Shown piece by piece: positions 11,701 through 22,938 of a DNA stretch of 64,000 bases; position 1 is the first letter of the stretch, and each line of letters starts with the position of its first letter. The notes under the pieces were generated by a model. That model had not been told where the DNA came from, searched no databases, and saw only the letters and a list, made by a program, of their open reading frames with translations. The stretch covers positions 62,001-126,000 of the forward strand of contig CT868108.1 of assembly GCA_000165425.1 (NCBI GenBank), written 5' to 3'. A program made the position numbers and the translations under genes. Source of the stretch: Paramecium tetraurelia. Its lineage: Eukaryota.

Positions 11701-14700
11701 ACAACTTAAACAGTTTGTAGCATTAGTTTCGCAAGTTAAACAATATCTACTGCATTCTATGTTACAATATAATAATATTAAATTACTTTAACAAACACCA
11801 TTTGAATCAAAATAATACCCATCTATGCAGTTGCAAGCATTACTGATGGAATCTAAAACCTTGTATTCAGCAGGAAAACAGCAATTACCCGCATCAGTAC
11901 AAGTCAAACAAGTAGGGTGACATTGAAGACAATCTGTCAGACTAGCATTCATGTAATATTGAGTTGGGCATGAACATACATTATTAGTCAAAGTCATGTC
12001 AATTCCAACACAACTTTAACATTACGTTGCTGCATTAACACAATTTAAACAAGGAGATGAGCATCCTATTTATTTAAAAGTATATTTACTTAAACAAGTA
12101 GTGCCTGATAGGTAATAACCATCGACACAACTAGTACAGACTGATGAATCAGTACAATTAATGCATGGAGAAGTGCATGCTATTATAATTTATATAATCT
12201 ACATATGCAAGTTGTTAATGACATGAAATAGCCATTTTGACAATCACAAAGATTGGTACTAGGATTCAGCATTTTGAATTCAGCTGCTAAACAGCAATCA
12301 TTTTGATCAGTACAGGTTGTACAAGTAGTGTGACAATCTAAAATGTATTATTTAACATATATATACTAATGCAAAGAGAATTAGTTTAATCAAAATATTG
12401 ATCAGAAGCACATTGGCAAATTCCAAAGCTTAAATTCATTAAGGGATCTGCACAAGATTTACAATATGTTGATGAGTTTATACATGTAGCACAAGGCTGA
12501 AGACATGCTAATGGATAGTAATTAGATATCATTACCTTAACAAGTGTTATTTGCATCTAAGAAATATCCAGCTAAACATTCACTACAAAAATCTACAGAT
12601 GAACACAAAGTGCATGGTGATACGCATTCTTAAAATAAAATGATAATTTACGTATGCATGTCATATTGGCATCGAAGTAGTATCCAGGGATACAATTAAT
12701 ACATTAAGTTTCAGATGAACATGATTAACAAGGAGGAACGCAAGCTATAGAATTATATATAATTGTCATACTTAAACACGTGTTAGAGGCGGATAAATAA
12801 TGCAAGGTATTCACACAGGTTTTACAATATGTATCAGTTTCGCATGTTAAACAAGGGGATAGACATACTAATGAAATAATAAACAATAGAACATTTGCAT
12901 TATTGTACTGAACCGTCGTAATAATATGAATCATTAACACAAGTTTTACAAGTATTAAGATCTAAACAAGTTAAGCAAGGTGATGCACAAGAGACGCATA
13001 AATTATTTTACAGATAGTATGAGTCATTTATACAGGAGAAACAGATGTTGGAGGCAGAGCATTACAAACATGGAGATACACATTGTACACAAGTGACATC
13101 AACATAATAGGTGGGATTAATACAGGATGTGCACGTTGTTAGTGAAGTGCAATCTAGACAAGGGGATTAACACACTAAATCACAATTAATTATTACATAA
13201 ACATTCTAAACTATTGCTGTAATACCCATTTTAACATACACATGCATTTACCGCAGCATTATAAGAGGATAGATAAACACATTAGTTGCAAGAAGTTTGA
13301 CTTGTACAATCAATGCACAAAGCGGGACAGTACTGATTGCAGATTCCACCTACCACCTTATATCCTACTGGGCATGAACATGATGGTATCACTTAACCAC
13401 TGTATTGACATGAAGTACAATTAGTCACTGTGGTTTTGCATTCAATACAAGGGGATTAACACTCTAAAAATATTGAATAGCAATACTTTCACATCCAAGT
13501 TCTGTTAATGTATAACCAACTACACATTCACATTACTGAGATATATTTATAGTTTAATTTGGACCACAACTTGTACAGTAAGTTGGAGCGATTTCACATG
13601 TTAAACAGTTAGGATCACAATCTTGACATATTCCATTTGAATCTTGGTATTAATTAGTAGCACATACACAATAATAATACATAGTGGTAAGGTTCTAGAT
13701 AAGCTATGTTTTGTATTCTGCGGGACATGATTAGCAATTTGCAAAATTAGTATTGCAGGTTAAACAATTGGGATCACAATCTACACAGACATTTTTCGCT
13801 AAGTCTAGATACTAATTTGGATTGCATGAGCAACCAGTTAGTATTGGATTGCACTTTTACAATTCTTCAATGTAATCGCATGGTTTAAAGGAGTCAAGAC
13901 ATTCGACTGTGAAATATATAAGATCAGCAGTGAAATAATTGATAATATATTGTCCATTTGTTCTAATCTTGAATTCAACTGATCCTGCTCTCTTTTTTTG
14001 ATGAATGTAATATTGAGGAGAATAAGAGTATAATGTTGATATTCTTTTGATGGACAATAGGGTTGGAATGGTTAATGGGTAAGACTAAATACCATAAGTA
14101 ATCGTGGTTCCTCCAATAGAAAATCCTTAACCTTAAGTGCTTTAACTTAGCATTTCATTAAAAGAGTACTAAATGTAACCTAAGAATTCAAAGAATTAGT
14201 ATTTTAACATGTATAAATATTAGTTAGCAGACAATTGGAACAGGTTTACATTTACATATTCCAAATTCAAATCTATCGTATTTGAAACCAATGACATCAA
14301 GCACCATCCCAAAATGCCACCTGAAACATCATTCTTATATCCTTGAGAGAGATAAACTTATTAAAATTCCCCTGATGTATCTGATTACAAAACTGATTAA
14401 AATCTTTAACTCCTACCAGCCACCCACTGGATCTTATATTAAGCATTATAAGATTTGCAAATAACTCTTAACAGAAAATAGTCGTTGTAAACTGAATCTA
14501 CAAAGGTTTAAAACTCTAACCCCTCACTCTAATCTAAATGCCCCAAGATGCTTATTGCAACAAGAGGTGGACTTTAATAATTTTTGGAAAAGTAAACATA
14601 TGAGTAATAATCAGAGTAATATGAATAACAGCCAAATTCATAAATTCCTTCTTCAACCGTTTAATCGGGTAGAAATCCTATTATGATTTGATATAATCAT

Positions 14701-16336
14701 TTACTAATACAATCTGGTGAGATTCCATCGTCGAAGTAGCCTGCAGGGCATTTACAATCTGGTGTATTAACTCGAATGCCCGCACAAACCATACAAATAG
14801 TGGGATCCGCTAAATCACAATCCAAACATGTGGGATGGCATTTAGGAATGCATTCCTTTCGTTATTCATTGGCTTCATAGTAAGGTGGACAAGAAGAGTA
14901 GCATTACCCTTCCAAAAGATATTATCCCTAAGTAATATTAGTATTTAGATTACATTCAGACAATAAAAACATTTATTTATGGAGTATGAACAAATATTAT
15001 TATTTATATACTCTTATGGCGAGTAAAACCCATTACTAATTCTAATACTAGTTATTTAAAATGGATAAAGATTAGTATCTTAATAATTAAATATATTTAT
15101 TACTATCGTTTGATCCTATATATAGAGTGTCTGTTTCTTTTATCCAGAAACTATATGGTTGACCAGCTGAACATACCAATTTTTCATTCTAAATAAATAA
15201 AATCACCATCATATCCATCAATTCCACAATCCCCAGCATAAATCTCTCTCCAAAATTCATAATGCAAGAGTAATTGACATCATATGATGTAAAATTAATA
15301 AAAATTTATTAATTATGAAAATCAGCACTGATTGTCATAATATTATACGAATATCTCTAACAAGTAAAGTTGAATAAAGTCTAATACCCCTCTATTGGAT
15401 TATTTAGTAATTAAAATTCTATTGTTATAGTTTTTTCAATTTTGAAGTTCTCAAACTTTATGTATTACTGGTTTGAAAATTATAATGTTTAGTTACCTGG
15501 TATTATTTGAGGATCAAAAATATCATAGTCCAAAGAGCTTCCCAATTACACGACACGCTAATAATCACTCCAATCCTTTAAAATCTTAGTTTGATATCTC
15601 TCATAAACTCTTAAATCTAGAATGACTTCTGGTTCAACGTTAGACAATATGGTGATTTAGTCTATCATTTAAATATTAGAGTCTAATGCTAACATTTTTT
15701 TCACTGTTATAGAATTAGCCTAACCAGTAAATGTATAAATTTAATCATAATAGGAATAAGCTTCGTCGCAAAAATAACATGTTAAGTCTGAAGTTACTTG
15801 AAAGAAACCAAAATATTAGTAATTGTCTTAAGGCAACATAATGCATTCAGGATATAGTCCTTGATTGATATTAATAGAGCAAACTGATTTCTATCCTTCC
15901 ACTAGATTTTATTTATAATATATGTATATCCAGGAAGAGTCATTCTAAATATATATTGAACTGTAATAGCCAAAATCATATTTAGTTGTGTAGATTTCAA
16001 GTTAGTCATAAGTAAGTAGTACATTGATTGATTTTTAGTTAATCTACATTACTAGTTACTTTTCTGAATATCCATAACTCCACACCCAAGCTAAATCTTA
16101 CAAAATTAATACTTCCTATTATAAACGAATCTGTTAGGATATTGATACCATAATTATTGATATTATAGTAATAGATATTATTACTTTCGGTATTCCCGTA
16201 AATATTATTCAAGTTAATTGGGTAACTTAGATCGCTAGACCTTAAATTAAAAGTCTTACCTTGATTCTAGTGAATAAAATTGACTCTAGGCTGCAAAAAT
16301 AGAAATTGCTACAGTGATTACGTAATTAAACACCAT
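8736..16336 (-). CDS. Giant Cys-rich multi-pass surface protein: signal peptide, beta-rich N-terminus, H-type-lectin-like domains, furin-like repeats, Myxococcus-type Cys repeats, C-terminal multi-TM domain
   Basis: Hydrophobic start [18 protein letters not shown]; many CxxxCxxC...CxxCxxGYY repeats; CGDG...EQCDDGN...DGC motifs near 10480-10930; several hydrophobic helices at 8800-10030; more than 15 tiny introns. Confidence 0.85.
10560..13860 (-). repeat. Array of furin-like/growth-factor-receptor cysteine-rich protein repeats
   Basis: Recurring C-(H/S/D)-x-(P/T/N)-C-x-x-C...C-x-x-C-x-x-G-Y-Y units with degenerate nucleotide similarity (e.g. acaagttaaaca, catgttaaaca). Confidence 0.85.
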
Positions 16337-16443
16337 ATTTTAATATAATAAATTATAATTTAATTTCAGATAACCTTGAAGATTACATCACTCTCTTTAA
16401 ATTGATATCAACCCAAATTGATAAAATTTTAATTAATGTATCT

Positions 16444-16943
16444 CAAAGAATAGTTCTTATTCCTAAACGAACTGAAAGCTCAGAAGAAGAAACCAGTTCT
16501 TCCCTTCTTACAGAGGTAATTTTTTCATTTATTTGGTTACTCGAATAATTCATTGGATGCTAAGCTATGTAGATTAATATTTCATATTTCTCGCTGATCA
16601 CTTACAACATTCCAGTAATCTTTTGACTGAACCCTTAGACAGAATTTATGGGTATTACAATGACTGAACCCAAATGATTTTCGTGTAACTGAAATAAAGC
16701 ACATTCTAAATATTCTTCTTTTATCTGCAATGTCTGGTCCTGTACTACAATATGCACAACATTTTAGGGATTATGAAATAAGGCTAAGCTAGAATCAGCA
16801 TGATTATAATGTCCATTTAATTATTGATAAGTGCAGTTAATTTTTTTGCTTGCTGTCTCTGAATCAGTGTCAATCAAAACTATGTACTAATTTTGATTAG
16901 GTTTGTTAGCAATAATAATGAACAATGACAACAAAATGGTCAT
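16444..16943 (-). CDS. Possible small secreted hypothetical protein (3' end uncertain)
   Basis: MTILLSLFIIIANK start and an open frame of about 120 codons to a TGA near 16583; may extend by splicing. Confidence 0.4.
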
Positions 16944-17104
16944 TATTTAAAATTATTATATTATCACTTACAACAATAACCCCTAAATGATATTATCAAT
17001 TTTTACATTTAAGTATTATCCTATCTATAGGTATTAATTGATTGTTAATCAAAATGGATACTTAGTTAAGATAAAAATGATATTAATTAATAACTTAATT
17101 AAAG

Positions 17105-18014
17105 ATGGCTATGATGGTCCCCCCCCAAATGAATCCAAAATATAAGACATCGCTCTGCAAGCATTGGACAACAACAGGAAATTGCAGTATTGGGTCTAGA
17201 TGTCATTTTGCTCATGGAGAAAGAGAATTGCGTAATCCTAATGATGTATTCGAAGCATTCATAAATTTAAATAGCCTTTACCATAATTACCAAGTCAAAA
17301 CTTACAAGATCCTAAGCTTCTGCAAGTGTATTTCTCTGGCAGCTTGGGTATTCACAATTACAAAACAACATTATGCAAATATGCCAGCAACAACACTTGC
17401 AGATATTAAGAAATGTGTCATTATGCCCATTCTCCTGAAGAGATGATTCCATTTGAAAAAGTTAGAAATGTTACTACCCAAGTACTGATTTCAAATTACG
17501 TCTCTTTAATCAAGAGTCATTATTTGTTGAATAGTCATTCAATTCCCGGTTTTAATATCAATTAAGAATAAGTAGAAGTAAATTTTGCTTTTTTAATTTT
17601 TAGTTAGCACTTTAAATGGAATTCCAAAAATTGATAGTGGCACAATAACTGAAATTTGTTCTCAATCATCTAGATAAAATGGATTACACATAATCAGAAT
17701 TGAGATTAAAATTAAATACTGCTCATGAATTACTGAATGCCAACAACTTTCCAGGTTGCAGCCAAACAATAAGTGATATAATAAATAGACCAAATGTGCC
17801 AACAGATGAAAAGAAACATTACCAAGATATCCTTTATGAAAGTGCGTAAGAAGGCTATAGAATTGTGGAAGGATATTAAAGATAAATTTTTGAATTCTAG
17901 TGCGAATAGGCTTAATAATTACAGGAAACATATTAGAAGAGTGAAAATCCATAAACATTATTTGGAAATGCACCAACTCTTCCTACCACAAGTATTCCAG
18001 GATATAGGTTTTGA
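17105..18014 (+). CDS. Tandem CCCH zinc-finger RNA-binding protein (TTP/ZFP36-like)
   Basis: KYKTSLCKHWTTTGNCSIGSRCHFAH and NYKTTLCKYASNNTCRYQEMCHYAH; introns near 17246-17273 and 17578-17603. Confidence 0.88.
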
Positions 18015-18299
18015 TAGATATATCAATATTTTAAATGTGAATTCGCAATAATATATAAATATTATATCAACACTGCCATTCTAGATATATTTTTTTTGTA
18101 TTGTTTATCAAAAATTGGGTCTTTGTTTATTTGAATCAGAATAATTATATGTCAAAGTAATATGGTTTAATAACTTTAAAGGTATGTTAATGATATAATC
18201 TGATGTATTGGAAATAACAACGAAAATCTAAACAATCTTTAAGATAAATGAATTCTAAGTTTTTGGAATGTTTGAAATTACTTAAATTAATGTTATAAT

Positions 18300-18958
18300 T
18301 ATATTTTATAATCATAAAGAATATTGTATCTAAGCCTCTTAAAAATTCAAATTATCCAAATTATAATTAGAATAATTAACACTAACACATATATATATAG
18401 ATTTCTACTAAGTGATATTATATAAATTCATGTATATTTATTTAAAAATTTGGATATGAATCCTGTTTTGTTTGGATAAAAATTTTGCTCTGTTTAACTC
18501 ATTTATCTACTTTTGGATAGCAATTACTGACTTAATTACTCATTCTCCTTTAAATACTTGGAGTTTAGCATCATTAGATAAACTTCATTTTTTTCAGATT
18601 CTATCAACTACTAATTCAATTTATCTATCCTTATCTTAAATTGCTCTTTTTCTTCGTAATATTGTTGATTCAATAATTCTAATTCTTGAATGTATTGGAG
18701 AGAAATCTTTTCATTCTAGAATTGAAGTATTTCTTCTTTTTGAGTAGAAATGAGACAAAGTAATTCTTTTTTTAAATTTTATAATTCTAATTGCACATAT
18801 CTAATGAGAGCACTAAAAGTTTCAGCCAATGATTTCTTGATGGAATCAAACTTCATGTTTTTCTCATCTACAACTGATTTCATCATATTCAATTGTTGTT
18901 TCAATTTTCTGTACTCGAAATCCTTTAACTTTAATTCTAACTAAAATTGCAAATTCAT
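18300..18958 (-). CDS. Hypothetical coiled-coil protein (3' end uncertain)
   Basis: MNLQFQLELKLKDFEYRKLKQQL... E/Q/K/L-rich open frame. Confidence 0.55.
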
Positions 18959-19065
18959 TAATTATATAATATTATCTCATTATTGTTATTGCAACAATGG
19001 TTCAATCAATTGAGCCTATTATAACCAATTATGAAATCACAATTCATAAATATAATTAATTAAAA

Positions 19066-20148
19066 TCATTCATTTAACCTATCTACAATATCACAAAGCA
19101 ATTAAGATGTCCATCGTGACTATTTAGGAATTTGATTTAACAATCCTAATCTGGCTTCAATGTTCTCTAATTCTAAGTGAGGTTTGAATCTCTACATGGC
19201 TGCAGATCCAATTGATAATTGATGACTTTCCTCCCTCATTCCTAGTTGGCCTCTGAGTTTGTTAATCTCACTCTTTTCTACTTTAATCTATTGTAAAAAT
19301 CAATTGGAGTACATTGTCACGCATCCTTTCAATTGCCTTTAACTAGTTTTGCTATAGCAATTGTTTTATGGAATCAGTCATATAAATTAAATCGTCCATC
19401 AAAGTTAAATCGAATTTCTCAACTACTCGCTATTCCCCATTAATAAATTAAACGTCTCTAATACAGCAAAGACGAGAAATCTCTGAAAATTCATACAATT
19501 CCTCTGTCTGAGGATTTATTAAGATTCTGTAAAGATTTTTTCTTATTCCGATCTAATTTTTGACTACCTGAAACAGTTTTCTTGAATTGTTCAAATAATC
19601 CTAATTTTAGAGCGATCTCATACTTTCAATAAATGGAGGTTGTGTATTAAATTATACAGTTATTCGGTGAACCTTTTGTATTATTGGGCCAAGGGATTAC
19701 GAACTGTTTCGAGCAAACTTATCTTCTTACGTTTGTCTCCTTGTTCTTTTAAAGCTTTGAATCTTTGTACGGTAGTCTGACTTTCAGTTTAAAACAGCTC
19801 GACTTCCTCTTTTATTTTTTTGATGGTTGCATCACCGACCAAAGGAGGTCTAAATGATCTCACAGAATTCAAATGATCTAAGTAGCCTTATAAACTGTGA
19901 TCTTTTTAAAGCATTGGTCTTGGAGTAGTGGTGGTTTTTTGCTTTTCCTTAGGACTTCTCTCAAAGATTGATTCTCCTTGATGGGTCGTATTTATGGGTC
20001 TGGTCGATTAGGAAACCAAGCGCCTTATTGGGGCAACAGTGTGGAATCGTTTGGTTGTTCTAGTTGGTTATTCTCTTCGATGGAAGGTGAGGGTCTCTTG
20101 GTGTTTAAAGATAGGAAAGACTACACTATTCTTTAAAATTAGACTCAT
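19066..20148 (-). CDS. Hypothetical basic protein
   Basis: MSLILKNSVVFPIFKHQ... open under the ciliate code with a 23-nt intron near 19601-19623; ends ...DIVDRLNE-TGA. Confidence 0.65.
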
Positions 20149-20332
20149 TATAATTATATTAATTTATGGAAAACAAAAAGGAGATTAAGGATCAAGAAAA
20201 ATCCAAACCGATCGAGAAATCCAAGTCTTTAGTGCCGATATTGGATAAGGAAGACATTGAGACTTTGAAAACACAATTGCAGAAATACGAATATTTGAAA
20301 TAGAAATATAATTTGTGATAGTAAATCATTAT

Positions 20333-22128
20333 TCAAGAGTTTAACATCTTATTTTTATTAATTACAAATCTTTCATTTGCTTCATTGACTTGATCAGATA
20401 ATTCTTCTTTTGATTGTTTAACTTCTTTTTCATCGCATCTATTGTGTTGAATTAAAGAAAGTTCTGTATTAAACCACTTTTTGTTCTAGAACTTAAAGAA
20501 TTTTTATTTTTCAGCGTATAGATTGAGTCAGTTCTAGAGGAGAAATCCTTTTACTGTTCAGTTTCCTACTTTGACGGAGAACTACTCTCAGTCTTTTAAT
20601 TTATTCCCAACTTTTATTATAGTTATTAATATTATATTGATTGTTTAAAACAATTTCTTTTTTACTTATTTTCTTCAAATTTCACCTAAAACAAAGCATA
20701 ATCTTCTAAACACTTGGTAACCTGCTTTAAACTATTTTGTGTATTCAAACTCTAATTAGTTTAATTGCTGGAGAATATACTGCTCCCTCTGTTAATCGTT
20801 GTGTCTAGTTTCCTTTATAAACGATTTGTTATTCCGTAATACTACTTTTTGTAATTTTCCTCTTAAGTGCTTTAATTCCTATTTCTGATCAATGTTTTTG
20901 TGGTTTCCCTGTGCTCAATGCTCTTTTTGATTATGGTTTAAAAAAGCAAAGTTCTAGCTTGCAGTTTCTTCTCCATCATACTCTTCAATCCCTTCACACA
21001 TTGTTATGATCCCTTTAATAAAAATGATTAAGAACTAATTTTATAAAATTTAGCCTATTAGCTATGAACAACCACAGTATAATAGTAATTTTCTTCGAAT
21101 AATGATTCTTCCCCTATTACCTATTGATTATGCAAACTGCACAACAACATCTAATGATTTTCATGTTTTTTCATTATAGCCACTTCTCCCTCATACAAAA
21201 TATAAAGAGTATTAGCTTGTTCTCCTTCTTAAGTAATAGTTTCGTCTCTTAATTTTATTTCCTCATTGAAACTGTACATTAAACTTTCGATCATTAAAGT
21301 TGATGTTATTCTTTCGAAATATGGAATTACCTACTAAAATACTTCTCTTTTGAAGTCTGCATCCTTTTTGAAGGATCCCAAAACCTCGAAAAACTCATTT
21401 CTATTCAAAGATATCAAATAAGTGTCAACATCTGCTATACAAGTTGCTGATCGTTGAGCATCTCTGTTACTCTCCATCAAAGCTCGTTCTCCAAAATAAT
21501 TACCTGGATTCAAGTCGTTTATTAGTATTCCATAATCTTTCATATAAGTTTTCAGAATATCAGACTGTAATTCAGTTTTAGATACAGCTTATTAACCCTT
21601 GAGTTACTGTCTGGTTATTGAATATTGCTATTTGAAGATTAATACTCTGCCCTCAATGATTAGATACATCTTATCGTTTTAAATAGCTCCCTCTCTCAAA
21701 ATTATGGAACCCTACTTAAAAACCTCCAGTTGAAGTTTTGTGCATAACTAACTTAAATGCATTAACTTACATGATAGATTTATTCCATATCATTTCTTAA
21801 TCTATTTGTATTAAATAACTCTTAAAAAAAACTATACTTCTTTACTTAATTGTAGATTGTCTAATCATAAAATTTAGTAGATATACCATTCCATCTGTTA
21901 ATTTGTAATGCGGTTTTGATAGCAAACCCAGTAATGGGATGGATTGATTGAGGTCTTCAAATTTCAACAACATTGCGTTATCACCTTGAATTTAGATGCG
22001 CTGCCCATATTTATTTTATATACTTCTGTATGAGGCTAGATCAGCGAACGAGAAAACATAAAATTACAATTAGAATGAGTTCTTAGTTTGTAAGAGCCTT
22101 CTCTTACTGGTGATGAAGCTTCACTCAT
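20333..22128 (-). CDS. Cyclic-nucleotide-binding domain protein (two CNB domains)
   Basis: ILREGAIQNDKMYLIIEGRV and GNYFGERALMESNRDAQRSATCIA; second, degenerate domain TQEGEQANTLYILYEGEV...VIGEE; 32-nt intron at 22036-22067. Confidence 0.85.
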
Positions 22129-22199
22129 TTAATATTATTTAATTATATGTTGTAAAAGTTTAAATGATAAATTATCATTATAAATATCACTTAAACAAA

Positions 22200-22895
22200 T
22201 TCGATTCATCTTGCATCAAATCACTGAATTCAAAATCAATTTAGAATTCATCCCCACTTCGATATTTCAATTTATTTTGTTTGAAACATTTGACACAAAA
22301 TTTTATCCTTAACTGCAAAACTTAAAAATTCATTAACTCTCTACTAAAATGTCTTATATACTTTTAAGTATGCATTTGAGACCCACAAAGATACTAATGC
22401 ACTCACTTTTCGCTTATATGGCTTATCCATTTATATTAGTTCTTAGATGATATTTTAATGAAACTTAAATCTTTTGGTAAAATCTATATTCTATATTAAT
22501 TCACTGGAAATCTAATATATATAAATATTTATTTAAGCATTCATTTTCTATTTTATTGACCAAATAAATTAAGATTAACATCCTCTATTCTAAGATTTTA
22601 ACCAAAGAAAATCATTCTAACATTTTCTATTTCTATATTTTAACTAATCAAGACCATCAACCGTAACTTATATTATTGAAATTTGAATTTTTTATCATCA
22701 AGATTAATTAATTTATGATTGCTATTTATTCCAATGAGTACACTACTCATTTCTACATCGATTCATTTATTTTCTATTAATTGCATTCATTATGTTATTT
22801 TTCCAAAAGATCTTTTGATATTCACCACCATCAAAGTTTCTATAATTACTAATCAAAAGGCAATCATTTATAGATTATGGAAATGAATAGGCCAT
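22200..22895 (-). CDS. Possible hypothetical protein
   Basis: ATG at 22895 and long TGA-free frames; splicing not resolved. Confidence 0.35.
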
Positions 22896-22938
22896 TTAAT
22901 GTTATTATTCATTTATAAATAATAAGTATATAAATAAA

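Noticed and set aside
18388..18399. Short (AT)n runs here and near 47180
   Set aside because: Ordinary low-complexity sequence in an AT-rich genome.
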